Assembly: GCA_004431415.1 (NCBI GenBank)
Contig: QPMI01000049.1
Coordinates: 1-64,000 of the forward strand
Source: Cyanophora paradoxa CCMP329
Lineage: Eukaryota; Plantae; Glaucophyta
DNA length: 64,000 nt
Direction: 5' to 3'
The position numbers were made by a program, and so were the translations under genes. A model generated the notes under the pieces. It did no database searches. It saw nothing but the letters and a program-made list of their open reading frames with translations, and was not told the DNA's origin. Position 1 is the stretch's first letter. Each line of letters opens with the position of its first letter. Positions 59,859 to 64,000 of the stretch are shown here, in pieces.

Positions 59859-60510
59859 ATGAACAGCACACAATCACAGCCGCTTCATTTACAGAGGAAC
59901 GGCAAGCGGGCGCAGCTGGAGCGGGAACGGTCCGCCAAGATTGACAAAGAGAACGCGATCCTGGTAGATAAGCTGAACAAGATCTTCATCGGGCCTTCGC
60001 GGCAGACATCTGCCTCTGCTGGTCCCAAGTCTTTGAAGTGCGTCAGCTTTGCGCACAGCGCCCTGTCGTCCTGTGCTGATTTCATGGTATGCAGTATCGG
60101 AGCAAGGCGTAAACAAGCACAGACTATCACAGCTGAGAACCAGCGGATGCTCAAGCGGCTACAGTCTATAAAACCAAGCGTGACCGCGAATGGTGCGAAG
60201 GCTTTTGCTCTCCAGCGCTTGCATCTTCTAATCGGCATCGCAGCGCAACTGCGGGAAGAAAGACGACAGAACCTAGAGTATATGAACCGGCGGCGGGCTG
60301 TACGGCCAGGAGCGTCCACGCTAACTAGGCCTCGATCGGTGGACGCAAGGGTTGCGGGCAACACAGTACCGGTTCGCTGCAGCTACGTTTCCTGACATCT
60401 ATCTCAGCTGTAGGCTGTAGCTAACCTCCATTAATGCAGATGCAGCACACAGGTTTGACACAGCAGCCGCAGTGGCCAGATGCTGCTCAATGGGATGAGG
60501 AGGAGTACGA
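59859..60510 (+). CDS. CFAP97/Hemingway (KIAA1430)-domain protein; ends uncertain
   Basis: HLQRNGKRAQLERERSAKIDKENAILVDKLNKI...RRKQAQTITAENQRMLKRLQSIKP. Confidence 0.7.
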
Positions 60511-60581
60511 TGACGAGCTCGAGTACTATTAAAAATGTAGCATGCTTGTACAGTGCATTCTGAGGGTCGACAAAGCCGTAT

Positions 60582-61685
60582 CAATCAATCTGCTGGCATT
60601 GTTGCTTGGGGGGGGAGGGCCATGCATATGTTCAGAGTCGTGAATCGTGAGCATCCGAGATGATATGATCCCGACTCTCGAGCTTGAATTAATATTGCGA
60701 ATCGATATATCCCGACTCTAGATCTCACGGGTCCGGGGTAGCTGTTTATTTTCATTTGTTTCAGTATCAAAATGGGGTTGGAAAGGTCTAATTGACCTCG
60801 CATAAATTGGAGTCCGGCCACGTGGGCCGTTCTCACGGGAATTGGTTTAGTTTTCAACTAGCAATTACAGCCACTCGGTTGCCCTCATTGTGAACTGTTT
60901 GCCCGAGCGCAAGGATAGAAAACCCGTCTCGCGAGGTTGTATAAGTAGGCAACGTGGCTGAAGGTACAAATGGCAACGCGCGCACCCCCTCATGATCATG
61001 TCACAGTGTCGCATCGATATCACATCACATCACACCATACCACATCACACCACACCACACCATCACCGCGCGGGGTTCAGAGACCGCTGCAGGTACCCCT
61101 CATGCCACACCACATCACACCACACCACATCACATCACATCACACAATCAATCTGCTGGCATTGTTGCTTGGGGGGGGAGGGCCATGCATATGTTCAGAG
61201 TCGTGAATCGTGAGCATCCGAGATGATATCGATATGATCCCGACTCTCGATCGAGCTTGAATTAATATTGCAAATCGATATATCCCGACTCTAGATCTCA
61301 CGGGTCCGGGGTAGCTGTTTATTTTCATTTGTTTCAGTATCAAAATGGGGTTGGAAAGGTCTAATTGACCTCGCATAAATTGGAGTCCGGCCACGTGGGC
61401 CGTTCTCACGGGAATTGGTTTAGTTTTCAACTAGCAATTACAGCCACTCGGTTGCCCTCATTGTGAACTGTTTGCCCGAGCGCAAGGATAGAAAACCCGT
61501 CTCGCGAGGTTGTATAAGTAGGCAACGCGGCCGAAGGTACAAATGGCAACGCGCGCCGCGGCGCACCCCCTCATGATCATGATCATGTCATGATCACAGT
61601 GTCGCATCGATATCACATCACATCACACCATACCACATCACACCACACCACACCATCACCGCGCGGGATTCAGAGACCGCTGCAG
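60582..61685. repeat. ~560-bp tandem duplication with CACAY microsatellite at unit ends (possible transposon remnant)
   Basis: CAATCAATCTGCTGGCATTG at 60582 and 61145; the copies differ by small insertions. Confidence 0.9.
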
Positions 61686-62738
61686 CACCGGGCTGCAGCC
61701 AGACTTCCTGCTGTCTCGCTGTCTTCCGCTGTCTCGCTGCTCGGAAAGAGAGAGACCGAAAGCGCGCGCTAGCTAGCACTATTGAGCGCTTGAGCGTCTC
61801 TTGAGCGTGTGGGCTCTCGTTTAGACTCTGCCCGTCTTCCGAAGTTCTCGCCATCGCCCGCGCATGCGCCCCACTGGGCCAATTTGGCGACTGACACGCC
61901 GCACAGCCAACGGCAGACGCTCATCATTGCGTACGTGACCCCGCGCTGCCTCGCCGCAGGGATCCAGGCCTCATTCACGCCGTGCGCATGTCCCCGAGAC
62001 TCTGACCCCCCTCCATGACGTGTTCCTCACGTGCACGGCTTGCCGCAGAGCGCGTCGATGTCGTCCGCACCCGGCCGCGCTGCCGCAGAGCGCGTCGACG
62101 TCTTCCGCACCCGGCCACGGCGCAGTCTACGTATACTCCCGGGCCCCCGCGGCATGGGCTTGAAGACGCCCGCCCAAACTCCTCTCCCCTGGGGCCATTG
62201 CTGAAAAGAGCACACCCGGTCTCCCGGAGTCCTCCTCTCCGTGGCCTAAGCTAGACTAGGCTCGCCTGGATCCGGCCTCCGCGCCGGACCCCTTAACGTT
62301 GCCACCCCGGAGGCGAAGGTTGCGTACCCCGCGGTCGCTTCTCCTCCGTCGCTCCTCTGCCCCGTGCTCCCGGCCCCCAACCGCCCTCCGGCGTCCCACG
62401 CGCCCCGCCCCCGCCACCCTCCCCCTGCGCCCCGCCCCGATCGCCCCGTGCCCAGCTCGCAGCCGCCTTCTGGGGCTCTGCGCGCCCCGCCCCCGTCACC
62501 CTCCCTTACGTCCTACCCCCGTCGCCCTCGGGCGCCCCGCCCCTGCTGCCCCGCCCCCCTGCGCCCCGCCCTATCACTCCCAAGCGCCCTGTGCGCCCTG
62601 CTGCCCGCCACCCCCTCGTCGCCCTGCTCGCCTTGCCTTCATCGTCCCCCAACGCCCCGTGCGCCCCGCCTCCTACCACCTTACGGCGCCCCGCTTGTCC
62701 CGTCCCCCGCCACCCTCAGCGCTCAGCGCCACTACCCC

Positions 62739-63147
62739 AGGCGCTCTACTTGGACCCGATCATCGAGAACGGCATCGTCCGCCACATCATCATCCCGCCC
62801 CGCCCCGGCGTGGTCCCCTTCCTCCCGAACGTCGCCATCATCGGCCGTGAGATGGCGCCCCACCCCCCCCCCCCCCCCCCCTCCCCCGATGCCATCTACG
62901 CTGATCGTGCAAGCGCAAGGCCACAGATCTAGAGGCCGTGGCGGACGGGGCAGCCCCCGCCGCCCCCGCCCCCGCCCCCGCCCGCGCGAACGCCGGTGCA
63001 GCAGTCCGGCTTCTCGACCTCCTCAAGCGCGAACCCGCCGCCATCGCGCGCTTCCCCGCCCTCCAGGCGGCCATGGCCGGGGCGCCACCATCGAGGACGA
63101 CGCGGCCGCAGCGTAGAGTCCCGGATCCCTCCGGCCGCCCGACCTAG
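62739..63147 (+). other. Possible exon(s) of an unidentified gene
   Basis: Acceptor-like CCCCAG followed by ALYLDPIIENGIVRHIIIPPRPGVVPFLPNVAIIG with C-rich third positions; no family recognised. Confidence 0.25.
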
Positions 63148-64000
63148 TGCGGAACTAGGCAGCAAGCTCAAGTGCTTAACTGGGCAGCTAGCGGCAGCAC
63201 TTGGGCCGTTAGCTTTTCACCCTCCGAGATGCATTCCCCTCTCTCTTTTCCTCCCCCTTCTCCTACCCAGCCAGTGTCCTCCCCTCTCCCCCCTCTCCCC
63301 CCCCGTACAGGGCCAAGGACAACACCACTCCCAGACTCTAGATCTCCCACGCCCCAGACCAATATACTATGATAGCTATTAGCTAGCTATAGGGTATACG
63401 TAGAGCAGCAGGACGCCTTCCCGCTATGCTATCGCGATCGTGCTGTCGTGCTAGCTAGCCTAGTGGGTGCCCACCCAGTCGATGACAACGACGGGGCGGC
63501 TGTTGTTTGTCCTTAAATAAGAACGTTAACATTGCCCGGTTGGGCTTTTGCAAAAAGAAAAAAATCTAAATGATATCGATGTGGCCGAACTTCGGAATAT
63601 ACTAGCTTGCAATTGCCAAAAAAAAAGGTTGCCTGGACTCGTAGACTTATAATTAGAGCTCCGACTCGGCAAGGCTCCTGCTGTCATGCCATGATGATCA
63701 TGCACTGGCCCCGACTCAGATCGAGCTCTCAGAGTCTCGGCGGGCGCCGGGCGCCCCCAAGGCTTCAGACCCAACTGCAGCCTGGTCCTGGCAGCAGGCT
63801 CTGATCATGCCACGGCCATGATGAGACAGGTACCGGTCCCTGAGACTTGGACGTGGGAACTCGGAACTTCGGAACTTCGGAAGGGCGTAGGGCGTGCCGC
63901 ACGGTGAGCCGCTGAGCCGACTAGGCGATGTCACAGTACTATAGCTATAGCTAGCCTAGTAGTGTTCCCTCACTCAGTGACTGCTCAGCTGCAGATTAAT

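Noticed and set aside
61020-61145. Telomere-like CACAY repeats
   Set aside because: Irregular pentamer microsatellite, internal and part of a duplicated unit; not a C3-4/TTAGGG-type telomere repeat.

Overview
Eukaryotic (protist/algal) chromosomal window with two compartments. (1) Positions 1 to ~26,000 hold an intron-less, gene-dense endogenous DNA virus whose left part lies outside the window. It encodes a double-jelly-roll major capsid protein of the NCLDV (Nucleocytoviricota) type, conserved NCLDV-like proteins, an OB-fold ssDNA-binding protein, a herpes-UL9-like SF2 origin-binding helicase, a YqaJ/lambda-type exonuclease, several small membrane proteins and a pair of F-box-like paralogs. 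No DNA polymerase, RNA polymerase or integrase is seen. This best fits a small 'dwarf' relative of giant viruses (Mriyaviricetes/Yaravirus/NDDV-like), although that assignment rests on recalled motifs and was not searched. The element carries a conserved WWTTTCT motif before nearly every gene, eight ~50-bp AT-centred palindromes around the helicase (origin candidates), a nested inverted-repeat locus at 8.0-9.5 kb, a 4.46-kb tandem duplication with an internal 480-bp duplication, and an AT-rich hairpin region at its right edge. Most viral ORFs are broken by single-base homopolymer indels that look like long-read errors. (2) Positions ~27,000-64,000 hold intron-rich host genes: DUF4062-NACHT-TPR, ZC2HC1-like, CENPJ/SAS-4, PurD, Ran, an AP2-domain chromatin protein, SWR1/PIE1, RPS28, NAA30 and a CFAP97-domain gene. 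Introns are short, GC-AG donors are frequent, and several tandem repeats occur. The MAGFV-type PurD presequence plus centriolar/flagellar genes suggest a glaucophyte-like host (inference).
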